Source of the DNA: Vicugna vicugna
Taxonomy: Eukaryota
DNA length: 64,000 bases
Assembly (NCBI GenBank): GCA_013265495.1
Contig: MU057989.1
Coordinates: forward strand, 759,513 to 823,512
Direction of reading: 5' to 3'
Shown piece by piece: positions 12,845 through 26,365 of this stretch (position 1 is the first letter of the stretch; each line of letters opens with the position of its first letter). The notes beneath the pieces are model-generated. The model was not told the DNA's origin, did no database searches, and saw only the letters and a list, made by a program, of their open reading frames with translations. The position numbers were made by a program, and so were the translations under genes.

Positions 12845-15234
12845 CAGGCAGAGCTCAGAGATCCTGCAGGTTCAGTCCCAGACCATTGCAATAAAGCAAA
12901 TCACACAAATTTTTTGGTTTCCACATATACAAGTTATGTTTACACTATACTATAATCTATTAAGTGTGCAACAGCATGTCTTTAAAAAATACATACCTTA
13001 ATTCAAAAATACTTTACTGTTAAAAAAATGCTAACCATCATCTGAGCCTCCAGCGAGTCGTAATCTTTCTGCTGGTGGAGGGTCTTGCCTCAAGGTTGAT
13101 GGCGGCTGACTGATCACAGTGGTGGCTGCTGAAAGTTGGGGTGACTGTGGCAATTTCTTAATCTAAGACAATGATGAAGTTTGCCACATCAATCTCTTCC
13201 TTTTACAGAGGATTTCTCTGTAGCATGCAATGCTGTTTGATAGCATTTCACCCACAGTAAAACTTCTTTCAAAATCGGAGTCAGTCCTCTCAAATGCTGC
13301 TGCTACTTTATCAACCAAGTTTCTGTCACATTCTAAAGCCTTTGTCGTTATTTCAACGTCTTCACCAGCAGAGTCCATCTCAAGAAACCACTTTCTTTGC
13401 TCACCCATAAGAAGCAACTCCTCATTCGTTACAAGTCTTATCATGAGATTGCAGCAATTTCGGTCACAACTTTAGACTCTGTTTCTAATTCTAGTTGTCT
13501 TGCTATTTCCGCCACATCTGTGGTTACTTCCTCCACTGAAGTCTTGACCCCTTCAAAGTCATCCAAGAGGGCTGGAATCAGCTTCTTCCAAACTTCAGTT
13601 AATGTAGATATTTAAACCTCTTCCCATGAATCATGCATGTTCTTAATTCTTTCCAGAAGGTTTTCAATGGACTTTGCCCAGATCCATCAGAGGAATCACA
13701 TCCATGGCAGCTATATAGCCTTATGAAATTTCTTGAGGAACTGAAAGTTGAAATTATTCCTTGATTCATGGGCTGCAGAATGGATGCTGTGTTAGCAGGC
13801 ATAAAAACATGAATCTCACTGTCTATCTCCATCAGAGCTCTTGGGTGACCAGGTGCATGTCGATGAGCAGTAATATTTGAAAAGGAATCCTTTTTCTGAG
13901 CAGTAGGTCGCAAAGCTGGCTAAAATACTAAATATCTGTAAACAGATGTGCTGTCATCCAGGCTTTGTTGTTCCATTAATAGAGCACAGGCAGAGTAGGT
14001 TTAGCATCATTCTTAAGGGCCATAGGATTTCTGGAATGGTAAATAAGCACTGGCTGCGTTTCAAAGTCACCACCTGCATTAGCACCTGACAAGAGAATCA
14101 TCCTGTCCTTTGAAGCCAGGCATTGACTTCTCCTCTCCAGCTATGAAAGTCTCAGATGGCATCTTCTTCCAATAGAAGGCTGTTTCCCCTACATTGAAAA
14201 TCTGCTGTTTGGTGTGCCCACCTTCATTATCTTAGCTAGATCTTCTGGATAACCTGCTGCTTCACCTCACATTTCTATGCTATGGAGACAGCTTCTTTCC
14301 TTCAACTCATGAACCAACCTCTGCTGGCTTCAAGCTTCTCTTCTGCAGCTTCCTCATCTCTCTCAGCCTTCACAGAATTAAAGAGAATGAGGGCCTTGCT
14401 CTGGATTAGGCTGTGCCTTACAGGAATATTGTGTCTGGTTAGGTCTTCTATCCAGACCACTAAAACTGCCTCCACATCAGCAACAAGGCTGTTTTGTTTC
14501 CTTTTCATTCATGTGTTCATTGGACACATTTCGGGGTGGGGGGTAACTAGGTTTACTTATTTATTTAGAAGAGGTACTGGGGAATTGAACCCAAGACCTT
14601 GTGTATGCTAAGCATGTGCTTTACCAATTGAGCTATACCCTCCCCCTGGACAAACACTTTTAATTTCCTGCAAGAACTTTTCCTTTGCCTCCACAACTCG
14701 GCTAACCAGCACAAGAGGCCCAGCTTTCAGTATGTCCTGGCTTTGGACACACCTTCCTCATGCAGTGTAATCATTTCTAGCTTTTGATTTAACGTGAGAG
14801 GCATTGTGACTTCCTTTCACTTAAAGACTCAGAGGCAGGATACTGTAGGTTTGTTAACTGGCCTAACTTCAGCACTGTTGTGACTGAGGGAATAGGGAGG
14901 CCCGAGGAGGGAAAGAGGGATAGGGGAATGGCCGAGTGGTGGAACACACAACATTCATCGATTAAGTATGCCATCTTACATGGGTGTGGTTTGGGGGTGC
15001 CCCCAATCACAAGAGCAGCATCGGAGGTCACTAACCACAGATCATCATAACAATAAAACCATAATGCCGAAGTTTGAAATACTGGGAGACAGAGACATGA
15101 AGTGAGCAAATGCTGCTGGAAAGATGGTGCTGACAGATTGCTCGACCCAGGGTTGCCACAAACCTTCAATTTGTAAAACACGCAGTCTCTGTGAAGTACA
15201 CCAAAGCAAAGTACAATACAACGAGGTAGGCCTG
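12845..15234 (-). mobile_element. Near full-length Tigger1 DNA transposon with decayed transposase
   Basis: TIR-like ends caggcagagctc (12845) and gaggtaggcctg (15234), each flanked by TA; minus-strand fragments [22 protein letters not shown]...ASRGWF (CENP-B HTH) and FMPANTASILQPMNQGII (DDE). Confidence 0.92.
14530..14646 (-). mobile_element. tRNA-derived SINE (Vic-1-like) inserted in Tigger1
   Basis: Antisense SINE head (gagctataccctccccc) flanked by tggaca at 14521 and 14647 (short TSD). Confidence 0.8.
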
Positions 15235-15737
15235 TAGACAGTCAATACAATTAACTCTACCTACGAAATAGTAACAGCAAAAGAAATGGTACTAATGGAC
15301 CTGGAATGAAGGAGCAACTGAGAGCACAGGTACTGGATCTCACTGCAGAGGGCAGGCCCACCTGGAGGAGGCAGCAGACCTTCCATATTCTAAAAGGTCG
15401 TCGCCACTGTGAAATGTGGGGCAAGATTCTCAGAATTTGAATTTTTCAAAAGAAATAAGAAATTCAAATATTGATGTCAAATCTAACTTTAAATGTTTGC
15501 AATTATGTTTTAAAAAATGTTTGGACTGAACAAAATTTGTTCATAGCCAGAATTAGCCTGCAGTTGCTAATCTGCAACTCTTTTCTAATCTGGAAAATGA
15601 AGCTTGTGAGAAAGTTTACCAACAAAGAGAGAAACAGTAATCCTTCAAAAGAGAGGCTCTTATTCTCTTTTGGTAGAAACGAGTCAGGAAACAACTTTCA
15701 TAGAAAAAGTAGAGGATCTTTAGGATCCTGGGGTCAA

Positions 15738-15946
15738 CACAGGTTGGCAAATGTTTTCTGTAAAGGGCCAGACAGTAAATGGTTTAGATTTTTGAGCTGT
15801 GTTGCTTGATTCTGCTGATGTAGCAGGAAAGTGATCACAGAAAACAACTGGAAGAATGGGCATATCTGTGTTCGGCTGAAACTTTATTTACAAAAACAAG
15901 CAGTAAGTCTGGTTTGACCCATGGGCCTTCATTTGCAGAACCCTGG
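15738..15946. mobile_element. MER58A-like hAT-Charlie MITE
   Basis: ggttggcaaatgttttctgtaaagggccagacagtaaat ... aaactttatttacaaaaaca ... tttgcagaaccctg. Confidence 0.75.
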
Positions 15947-16051
15947 GGTAATTCACAAAGGAAAGACTGGCATGCAGCGAAATGAAAATCACAACTGAAA
16001 CATTGCCTTGCGATCATCAAATTGATGAAGATTTAAAACCTCTGGAAACCC

Positions 16052-17476
16052 TCACCAGTGGGGAGGAGGAAGGAGGAGGGGCAAGATGGAGGTGGAGGAT
16101 TAAGAGGTACAAACTATCAGGTATAAAATAAGCTACCAGGATGTACTGTACAACATGGGGAATATGGCCAATATTTTATAATAACCATAAGTGGAGTATA
16201 ACATTTAAAAATTATGAATCACTACATTGTATATTGTAACATATAATATTGTACATCAACTATACTTCAATTTTAAAAAATGATATTGTAGAAATAAAAA
16301 GAAAAATAAACAAATGGGACCTAATTAAACTTAACAAGCTTTTGCAGAGCAAAAGAAACTATAAGCAAAACAAAATGACAACCTACAGAATGGGAGAAAA
16401 TATTTGCAAAAGATGAGACTGACAAGGACTTAATTTCCAGAACATATAAACAGCTCACACAACTTCATAAGAAAAAAAACAAACAACCCAATCTCAAAAT
16501 GGGGAGAAGACCTAAACAAGAATTCTCCAATGAAGACATACAAATGGCCAATAGGCACATGAAAAAATGCTCAATATCACTTATTATCAGAGAAATGTAA
16601 ATCAAAACTACAATGAGGAATCACCTTATACCAGTCAGAATGGCCATCATTCAAAAAGTCCATGAACAATAAATGCTGGAGAGGCTGTGGAGAAAAGGGA
16701 ACCCTCCTACGCTGTTGGTGGGAATGTAGTTTGGTGCAGCCATTATGGAAAACAGTATGGAGATTCCTCAAAAGACTAAAAATAGACTTACCATATGATC
16801 CTGCAATCCTACTCCTGGGCACATATCCAGAAGGAACCTTATAAATTCAAAAGGATACATGCACCCCAATGTTCATAGCAGCACTATGTACAATAGCCAA
16901 GACACGGAAACAACCTAAATGTCCATCAACAGATGACTGGATAAAGAAGTTGTGGTATATTTATACAACAGAATACTACTCGGCCATAAAAAATGATAAA
17001 ATAATGCCATTTGCAGCAACATGGATGGCCCTGGAGAATTTCATTCTAAGTGAAGTAAGCCAGAAAGAGAAGGACAAATACCATATGATATCACTCATAT
17101 GTGGAATCTTAAAAAAAAGACAAATGAACTTATTTACAAAACAGAAACAGACTCACAGACATAGAAAATCTACTTATGGTTACCAGAGGGGAACGGGGTG
17201 GGAAGGGATAAACTGGGAGTTTGAGATTTGCAGATACTAATTACTATATATAAAATAGATAAACAACAAGTTTATACTGTACAGCACATGGAACTATATT
17301 CAATATCTTATAGTAACTTATGGTTAAAAAGAATATGAAAACAAAAAAATGTATGTTCCTATATGACTGAAGTATTGTGCTGTACACCAGAAATTAACAC
17401 AATATTGTAAACTGACTATACTATAATAAAAGTATATTAAAAATATGATATTGTAAGATAAATACATTAAAAAAAA
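16052..17476 (+). mobile_element. 5'-truncated L1 3' end (outer element), interrupted by a second L1
   Basis: L1 3'UTR motifs at 16060-16275; 17-bp TSD aaaacctctggaaaccc at 16035-16051 and 17477-17493. Confidence 0.75.
16291..17444 (+). mobile_element. Younger 5'-truncated L1 (ORF2 C-terminus plus 3'UTR)
   Basis: ORF2 C-terminal Cys motif [18 protein letters not shown] and MFIAALCTIAKT..QPKCPS; AATAAA near 17425; TSD atgatattgta at 16280-16290 and 17445-17455. Confidence 0.9.
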
Positions 17477-20464
17477 AAAACCTCTGGAAACCCCAAGTGT
17501 CAGTGAGGATGAGGCAGTGGGAACTCTCACAGAGTTGATGGAATGTAAATCCAGACCAACTTTGAAAAAGTCACAATTTTATAGTAAAAGCACACACTGT
17601 AAACCCGGCAATTGCACTCTAGTTATGAACCCTAGAGAAATGCATCGGTGCCTCCATGAGGCAGGAGGCCTGCACAAGGAAGTGCACTGTGCCTCATTTA
17701 TAAAAGCCCCAACTAAAACTACCAGGATGGCTGTGCCTGGGAAGCGGGCTAAGTGCCAGTACGTTTGCACAATGGACTATTCCTCAGCCGTGACGTGGAT
17801 AAACCCTACAGGTGCTGCTGCCTCACTGAGCTGTACCTGCAGTTCATGTACTTTCTGATGTGTATTTTATTATCGAACACACACAGGATCCCACCTAACA
17901 CTCACCAGACTCGCAAAGATTAAAAAGTCTGAGAAGACCAAGCACTGGTGTGAGTGTGGGGCAAAGGGGACTTCTGTTGTCTCCTGGTGGGGTCCCCAGA
18001 AACGCATCACCGAATAAGCTGGAGCATATCACATCATCCAACACTATACAGAATGAGGTATACGTCAGGAATTCTACATAAAGAAATGAAGGTGTATTAA
18101 CACAACAAAATAAGCAGGGACAATTAATGAACGTTATCATGGATAAAGCTTAGAAAGCATAATGTGGACTCAAGAAAGCAAAGTCACAGCAGAATATACA
18201 CAGTATGATTTCAATAAATTGTGTGTATACATATACATACATATGTGTTTATACATATACACAGGCAGAAATAAAGAGAAGGGAATAAAACCCAGAAAAT
18301 TCAAGTCAGCAGTTACCTCCGGGAGAGAGAGGATGCATCAGAGAGGGGCACACAGTGCCTTCGAGGGACTAGTCATTTCTATTTCTTAAGCTGGTCAATG
18401 GGTATTCACTTGATGCTTCTTTTAAAAACTGCACATACGCATTATACGTGCATTCCTTTTCAAGTGGAATGTATTTCACCAAAAGAAGAGAAAGGAAGGA
18501 AGGCAGGCAGGCAAGCTCTGGGGGGGGGGGACTTGCCGCCAGCTTCAACCCCCTCTGGGTCACTCTGAACTTGCAAACAGAGAGATGTACACACAGCCTC
18601 TGGGAACCCAGCCTGACTAAGCAGAGGAGCTTCCCGTGTGTGGCCTGTGGGGGCGACATGGTCAGGTACTGGGTGTCCTTGACGCCCACCGCAAAGGGGA
18701 GTATAAGCCCGAGGTGTAGCCCAGCCTGCAGGTTTGAGGTGAAGGCAGTTGCAGGAGAAGGGAATGGGGCAGGGTCTGGCAGGCCCAGCACAAGTCAAGG
18801 CCCCTCGTGGGCATTCTGCTCCAATTCTAACCACGGGTAATCTTCACCAGCTCAAAGGAAGGGAGAGAAGTTGACAGGACTGCACTGTGTTGCTTTCAGG
18901 AGTAACTTTCAGACAGTATTTCTGGTAACCCAGCGGGGAAACCACTTATGGCAGCCGGAAATGGCCTGAGTCCTGGGGAAGGTGATTTGGCCATATTGGT
19001 CAAGGTTACAAGTGCACGTACCTTCTAATCTGGCAATTCCATTTTGGGACTTTATTCTATGGATACAGCTGAACCTGTGTATTAAAAAAGAGATTAAAGG
19101 CCATACATTATACCAAATGCCTGGAAACTACCCAAGCATCCGTCAACAGAGGACTAATAAACTCTGGTGCCTCTCAACATGGGACCACTACTATGATGTG
19201 GCTATTTGGAAAAAAACAAAACAAGGAAACTCTATGTACTGATAGAGCAAGCTCTCTAATATCTATTATCTGAACAACAGAATATGGAGAAGTATATATC
19301 CCTGCAGAAGAAAGACGTATATCTGTACATACTGTACGCATAGAAACACCGGAGGCTGTAGAATAATTGTGATGACCTATGAAAGGGGGGGCAGGGAAAC
19401 GGAGGAGAGGGGGACCAAGCTGAGAGCAAGACTTCTTACTGTATACCTTGTTTATCTAACAATTAATAGTTAATTTTTCAAAACAACAAATTCTAAGAAA
19501 ATGTGGCTGTCACAAAAGGGCTAGCCCCTTCCCACCATCAATGTCAGGGTCATGAGAAGGCCCCATAAATGACACAGCAAATAAGGATCCAATGTAGAGG
19601 ACCCCCATGAATCAGCGGCCAATGACCAGGCTGAGGGGTCATCAGTAGAAGGTCAGTAAATACATTACATACATAATAGAACACTCTAAAACACAGAAAA
19701 GTGAGGCAAATACAGGTGTAAAGCACTCTGATGCTGAATTACCTCTAAGATTTATTAAGAAAAAACCTGGTCCAGAACAGGGTTTTGCCTATGTCACCAC
19801 GGTGTTTAAATACACATGTGTGTGTGCACACACATCTATTGTCTCATAAGCCAAGCTTATCTCTGTGACGACACCCAGGAAATGGGCTTCGGGGGCTGCC
19901 ACCAGGAAGGGAACTGGTGGCTGAGGGTAGCAGGTGAAGAGATATGCTTTTCACTGCACACACCTTGTATCCTTTGAATTGTGCTATGTGTATCCATAAC
20001 CCATTTACAAAATAACCTATTTATAAAACTATAGGCAAAAATTACCCAATTACAAGAAAAATTAAAAAAATTTAGTAGGGACATAAAACACATTTACAAA
20101 GGGATATAAAAAGCTTGGGGAAATGTCCTTGAATAGTTAGAGTAAATATTTAAAGGTATCAATTATCTAAATTAGTCTATATTTTTAACATGATCCTACT
20201 GAAAATTCAAATAGGACTTTTTTTTAACTATTCAATCTAATTCTAAAATTCATATGGAAAAATAAAAGTACATAAATAGCCTAGAAATTTTTGAAAAACA
20301 TGAGGAAATACTATTATAAAATATTAAAGCACATGAATTGAAAGCCACAGTATTAAAATTAATTTCCTCCCTCACTTATTAAAACAAATTCAAGATGGAC
20401 TATAAAGTGAAAATAAAAGCTAAAAGTACTAAAAGAAATTGTAAGAGATTTTACAAACCTTGAC

Positions 20465-21200
20465 TGAACTATAATTCATCCAGTTAAAGTGTACGAGTCA
20501 ATGTTTTTAGTGTATTTACAAAATCATCATCACTATCTAATTCCAGACCAGTATCACCCCAGACAGAGAGTCCATACACATTAGTAGTCACTCCTCATTC
20601 TCCCTGCCCCCAGCTCCTGGCAACTACTTTCTGCCTCTATGGATTTGCCTATTCTGGACGTTTCACATAAACAGAAGCACACTATATGTGGTCGTTTGTC
20701 TGTGACTTCTTTCACTTAACATGTTTTCAAGATTCATCCACATTGCAGCACACAGCACACCTCACTCCTCTTTATGGCTGAATAATATCAATTGTATGGA
20801 TAGACCACATGTTTATCCACTCATCAGCTGATGGACAATTGGGCTGTTCTTGCTTTTTGGCTCTTATGAATAATGCTGCTATAAATACTGGTATACATGT
20901 TTCTGTGTGGATATGTCTTAAATTCTCTTGGGTGTAAATCTAGGAACGGAACTGCCGGGGCAAATGGTAATTCTACGTTTAACCGTTTGAGGAGCTGCCA
21001 GACTGCTTTTCAAAGTGCTGCCCCATTTAATGTTCCTGCCAGCAGTGCGCGAAGGTTCTAATTTCTCCACATCCTCGCCAATGCTTGTGCTACTGCCCGT
21101 GTTTTTTATTACAGCCACCTGGGTGGGTGTGATGCGGTATCTCATTGTGGTTTTGGTCCGCATTTCCCTAAGTAAGGGCTAATGATATTGATCATCTTGA
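20465..21200 (-). mobile_element. L1MB-like 3' fragment
   Basis: Antisense motifs tatggatttgcctattctggac and ttcaagattcatcca; ORF 20918-21163 reads MRTKTTMRYRITPT (ORF2 end). Confidence 0.8.
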
Positions 21201-23045
21201 GATCTTTTTTCCCAATGGTTTAAGAGTGAGTAAACTAAACAAGACACATAGCCCAAGAACCATAAATTTATGGACCACATAAAAATTAAAGTCAATAAAG
21301 TAGACCTTAAAAGAAAACCAGCTGTAACTCTGTGATGTGATGGATGCTAACTAGACTTATTGTGGTGATAATTTCACAGTATATACGAACATCAAATCAT
21401 TGTTGTACAACTGAAACTAATATGTTAGATGTCACTTATACCTCAATTAAAATCTAAATTTTAATGAATAATAACAATGAGCAATAACCATACTAAAAAA
21501 TTTAAAGTAAATAGGCAAACACACTAGGGGAAAAAAAGGCTGAAACACATGACAGAGGGCTAATTCCCTTAATACAGCAAGATCGCTTACAGATCGACAA
21601 GAAAAAGGCCAACGGTGCAAAAGAAAAATGGCAATTCACAAAAATGATAAACATCAATGGCTCTGAATCACAGAAAAAGATGTGTGACCATATTCATAAC
21701 TAAAGAAATACCTTTAAAACAAGATTGCATTTTCATTACCAGCCTGACAAAAGATTTTTAAAATACTGTTATGCCAGCACTGGTGAAGGTGTGAGAAATT
21801 GTTGGTGGGACTGCTTGTGGTTTAAAAAAGTTAAGCCTGGAAACAACCTAAAAGTCCATCAGGAGAGGGTTAAATACAGGAAGGGCACACCCCGTGGAAC
21901 ACCAGAGCTCTGTGCATCTGGATACAGCATGGGAGACGTGTAAGGGGCAGACCACATATGGCCTGTGCCCGGAGTGATGGTGGCACACTGGTCACTGAGC
22001 TGGGAGTCAGGGTTGAAGATTTTTTCCTGGTAGCAGTCTGTTCTGGAAACCACCACTATGTTCTCACTAACACAAATGTAGAAAGAAGTTTTCTCAGGAA
22101 ACTCCTAGGAAGTTAGCTTTAACTCTAACTCAACACCTAGTCTCACTAACTGCCCAAATCTCTATCTGTGGAGTCAGGCACCAGGACGAAGTGGCACTAT
22201 TCTAACCGGACCGCTCGAGGGCACCCCCCCAGTGCAGCCCCTGCCTCCCTGCAGTCCGTCCAATCTGCTAGCCTGTTTCTGCCTCAAGACCCCGGCACCA
22301 GACGCTCCTTCTGCTGGAAATGGCCTTCCCTGGGACCCTTCACCTCCTTCCAAGCTTTGCTTACACACCACCTTGCACAGGAGGCCTTCCCCAACCATCT
22401 CAGTTCCCACTTCTATCGCAACCCTCTTCCGGCTTCGGTTTCTACTCATTGCATAGCCATGTGGCATGGACTTGTCTGCGTCTGACCCCAGTCTACCTCA
22501 GGGCCACAGAGGGCCAGGAATCCTGTCCATCTCGTCCCCTGGGGGTCCCACAGCAGACACTTCAGATGTTTAAGGAAGTGATGCTGCCACACGACGGAGC
22601 AGGTGTACCAGTGGGTGGGACCATCTCCTACCTGCATTTCTCCCACGATCCTGGTGGAGTCGGAGCAGACCCCTGTTAAACACGGGGTCATTTTCTCAGA
22701 AGATACAGCCAACGTGACACAAAGTGTTTCTCAGAATGCGGGTCAAGATTGTTGATTATGCAACCAATTCAGTGGGTTAAGTCAGAATTTTCTTTTAAAT
22801 CAAATGCAAAGTAAAAGAATGTATAGCATAGTAAGGGTAAGTATTTACAGAAGAACTCTTTCAGCTAAGTAAGCACACACAGTTGTACAGTGTACATGTA
22901 TGTGTATAGCAGGTTATGATGTGAATGCTTTTCTTAGTGGAAGCACGTGACAAAAACAGTTTGAAATTCACTCATCTAATACCAATCTAAACATTTCTAA
23001 GCCAAAGCTTCAGGTACCGTAGAAAAAATTTTTAAAGAAGTTTAC

Positions 23046-26000
23046 TTGTAAAGTTTAAAATTCTGTAATGAAAAGGAGAATTAATTCTCTCCCCCAAAGG
23101 GAAAATATGATACTGGAAAAATTGTAGTTCTTTGGAATGTAGCCTCTAGCTTTTTTTCCAGAACACCTCCAATTATTTCCCCATAGTTTTATGCTTGTAC
23201 GCATGAAATGCTCTGCTTTTCAATAAGTCAACTCTGAGAGCTTCATTCTCTCTCAACTTCCCCCAGAGCCACAGGTTAGCTATTCACACCTGAAATTTCT
23301 CCAAACATTTTGTTTCTTAAGTTCTGCCATCGCTTGGGTAAGATTTGTGTTAAGTACATCAATATTCTAGACAGAAAGCTCTTCACTTTCTATTATATCC
23401 AATAAAGCTTTGTAGTCCCTCAAAATTTCCTAAGTTCTTACCTCTGGCATTGCCGAACATGTTCACTGTTTCTCAAACCTTACTGTGTTTCACAGCCTGT
23501 TCTAATCCTTTTGTCCTAAGCTGTACCAACACTCCAAGAAACAACAACTCTCTGAATACAAAGAAACTTAATAAATCAAAAGGGAGGGGCAACTCTGAAC
23601 AGTCAAAATATGGGACATGAAATCGACATGCCAAGCTTCAGCTATACAAAAATGTTTATGTCCAAGCTCAAAATTCTCCTCTTTTAAAACATTCGCCAGC
23701 AAGTTTCATGATCTAGTTTCCCAACCATCATCTGAAAATGGAGAGGAGGAGGGACCCCGGCTTCAGAGGCCTGGTAGGTTAAAATGGGAGTAAAGTAAAA
23801 GAGGCTAAAAACACAAATACTCAAGATGTGGTTTCAGTGTGGGGCACCTGATAGACAAAGGAGTCGTCACAACCCAGTGGTCCTGCAGGGGCCTGTGGAT
23901 TAGAACAGAAGACCATAAACTAACATTCACAACGACCCCGAAAACATCAAAGGAAGGTTCAGTTATGTTCCTTTTAATGATTAAGTCTTCCAGAAAAGAC
24001 TTCTAATCATAATGGTTAAAACAAAATGCTTTACTACTTCACAAGTCAGTTTCATGGAAAATTCCCCCAGGCACTCTGTTCCCTGTAAACGTCGGAGTAC
24101 AGTGAGCGTAAACTCCAGTGACCATGCGCCTTCTTCATTCCTCCTCTGCAGCACACAGCCGGACCTCGCTGCCCAGCTCCTTGGGGAAGACTTGCACCTT
24201 TCTGTATGTTCTGAACAACATTCCTGTACAGCCTGCTCTTTTAAAACATGGTATTCATTTTGGCTATCTCACAATTTTCAGTATTCTAATCACATCTCTT
24301 GGTTATACAGCTGCTAAATATCCAAGCCATTCCTTCAAAATTAGTTACTACAGCCACAACTCAGCTACACTTGCATTCAATTTACCTGATCTGCAGGCAT
24401 AAAAGCAGGTGGAGTCACGCCCCCAAGTGGACGCTGGTTCTCCAGGCCACAACTTCCATTGTCTATAATTTCTAGTGGCTTTGGCAGAAATACCAGCCAT
24501 ATCAGAAATAAACACCCTGAAATCTACCTTTACTAAATGCTAGAACTATGGGGAAGTCCCTGTGTGGACTAAGCAAACAGCAGCTTCCTAGTAAAAGGCA
24601 AGTGTTCTATATCAACACTGAGCAGAATGGTGTTTAAGAGAAATTCTAGCTGCCTACACTGAGGGCATCAAGGATGCAATCCAAGAACACCCTCTGGCTT
24701 TGAATTTAAAGCATCTCACTTGAGGGTGAACCGGATATAGTTTCACTGATCCCGAGTCAGTATTTTGGTTTGAGACAAGCAAACACCACCACTGGCCTCA
24801 GTAATAACCTCCTCTGTTCTGTTATGACCTGGTATTTCACATCTAGGGAACGAGAACTGTTAGTTTTCCTTCAATGTTTACTCATCAACCTGACTTCCCT
24901 CCTCTTCAAGCTGCATTCCCTCTGTTCTTGTCCAGGGGGAGCAAAACACTCGGGGATCTTCCTTTTGTCTTAGTTCTGATCAAATACTCAGCCAGTAACT
25001 AATAAGGCCTTTACTAACCTATTACACTTGGGTTGGTCTGATCTTTGGCAGACAACTCGGATAACTCAGGCCCCTCATCCTAACCAAGTGTCCCACTGCC
25101 AAAGGGCCACCTGGTGCCTCTTGGACAGCTGGCCACACATCCCTCCTCTGTCCATGTGCTTCTCTGATGCCGGCCCTAAGTCCCAGCACCGTGGTTTATG
25201 TAGTTGGCACTGACATTCAGCGTCTAAGCAAGCAGTTAACCATCAAAACCTTTATTGCCATGTTACATTAGCAACACGAATAGCTGCTTTAACGAGAGAG
25301 TGAAATCTGACTGGCAAGTGCTACTCCCCTCCATCCTGGAAAGAACAGCCTGGCAACACCAGAAATTTTCCTGAATTCTTGTACAAGAAGTGTGAGGGCA
25401 GAAATTAAATAGCATGCCCCCTACCACCCCCGTGAGAGCAGAGGGAGGAAGCAAAATAAATCAACAAAATGATGAAAGTACTAAATGGGAGTCTGCAGTA
25501 GGACAGGGTTCAGGTGGGGCTCGTTCTGGAGAATGAAACAAACCTGCAATGCTTCTTGGCCCTATGACAGAGAAAGCTCACTCCTGTGACCTTTCTGGTG
25601 GTTGGAGTGGACTCCCCACCCCTTACAACTCTCCCTTCCAAGGCAGAAAATTCCAGCAAAGCCCCTAGCTTACAGAGAACAGAAAAGGCAGAAGACGTTA
25701 ATTCAAGCACCAACCAGGCCTACAGAGGCTGCCTCACGATCTCGTTCTTGCGATGCCAACTGTGAGAATAAGAGCATCCAGAGTAATTAGGAAACACGGC
25801 TCAGAGCTGTTGTGGTCACAGCTGTCACCCAGCCATGCAAAATGACCAACCCAACACCCCACCTGCCTTACAACACAGTCACATTTGCTTCTGGAGACTG
25901 AGTCTGTCGTTGATTTTTCGGGGTCATATCTCTTCTTTGGGAGGTAGGTAGCTTTCTTATTTGTCTACCAGCAAATCAGCAACTTCTGATACTCGCTGGA

Positions 26001-26365
26001 TTTCTGGTGGAAAGATTTGACGGCAGTTTATATTTTTATTTGCAACATTATGTTTTCCAGATTATTCAAGTTCTGATATCCACACTCCCCATAATGAATA
26101 ACTAAATTTTACCAAGGGAAGGGATTACTTGTTGGTTGAAATACTGTTTGTCCCCAACTACCAGTCAACTCAAGCTTCAAGAAGAGACATTATCTGTCTC
26201 TGACATCTGTAATCTGCCACCAGGTCCTGAGGGCACGTGAAGTCAGGTGCATGTGGTTGTGGTCCTCAGAGAGACTGCAGCTGGCTTCTCCAAACACTGG
26301 CCCAGGCCCAGCACTCTGACTATCCTGATTACAGAACGATGTGGTCCCAACCCACAAGTTTACAT
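23046..26365 (-). pseudogene. Candidate decayed TEX15-like coding exon nested in TRAP1 intron 1
   Basis: Repeat-free stretch starting at a clean acceptor (cctttctcttctgttag|, 26365). Interrupted translation gives ordered motifs IEHLPFTRKLLF, MEVVAW/LENQRPLGG, NASVAELW, QNEYHVLKEQAVQEC, SLEFTLTV, EILRDYKALLDIIE, LTCG..LRENEALRVDLLK and FSLWGRELIL, resembling TEX15 domain motifs as I recall them. Many stops and frameshifts; not verified by search. Confidence 0.5.

Noticed and set aside
13163..14508. Domesticated TIGD-type transposase gene
   Set aside because: The reading frame is fragmented by stops, frameshifts and a SINE insertion.
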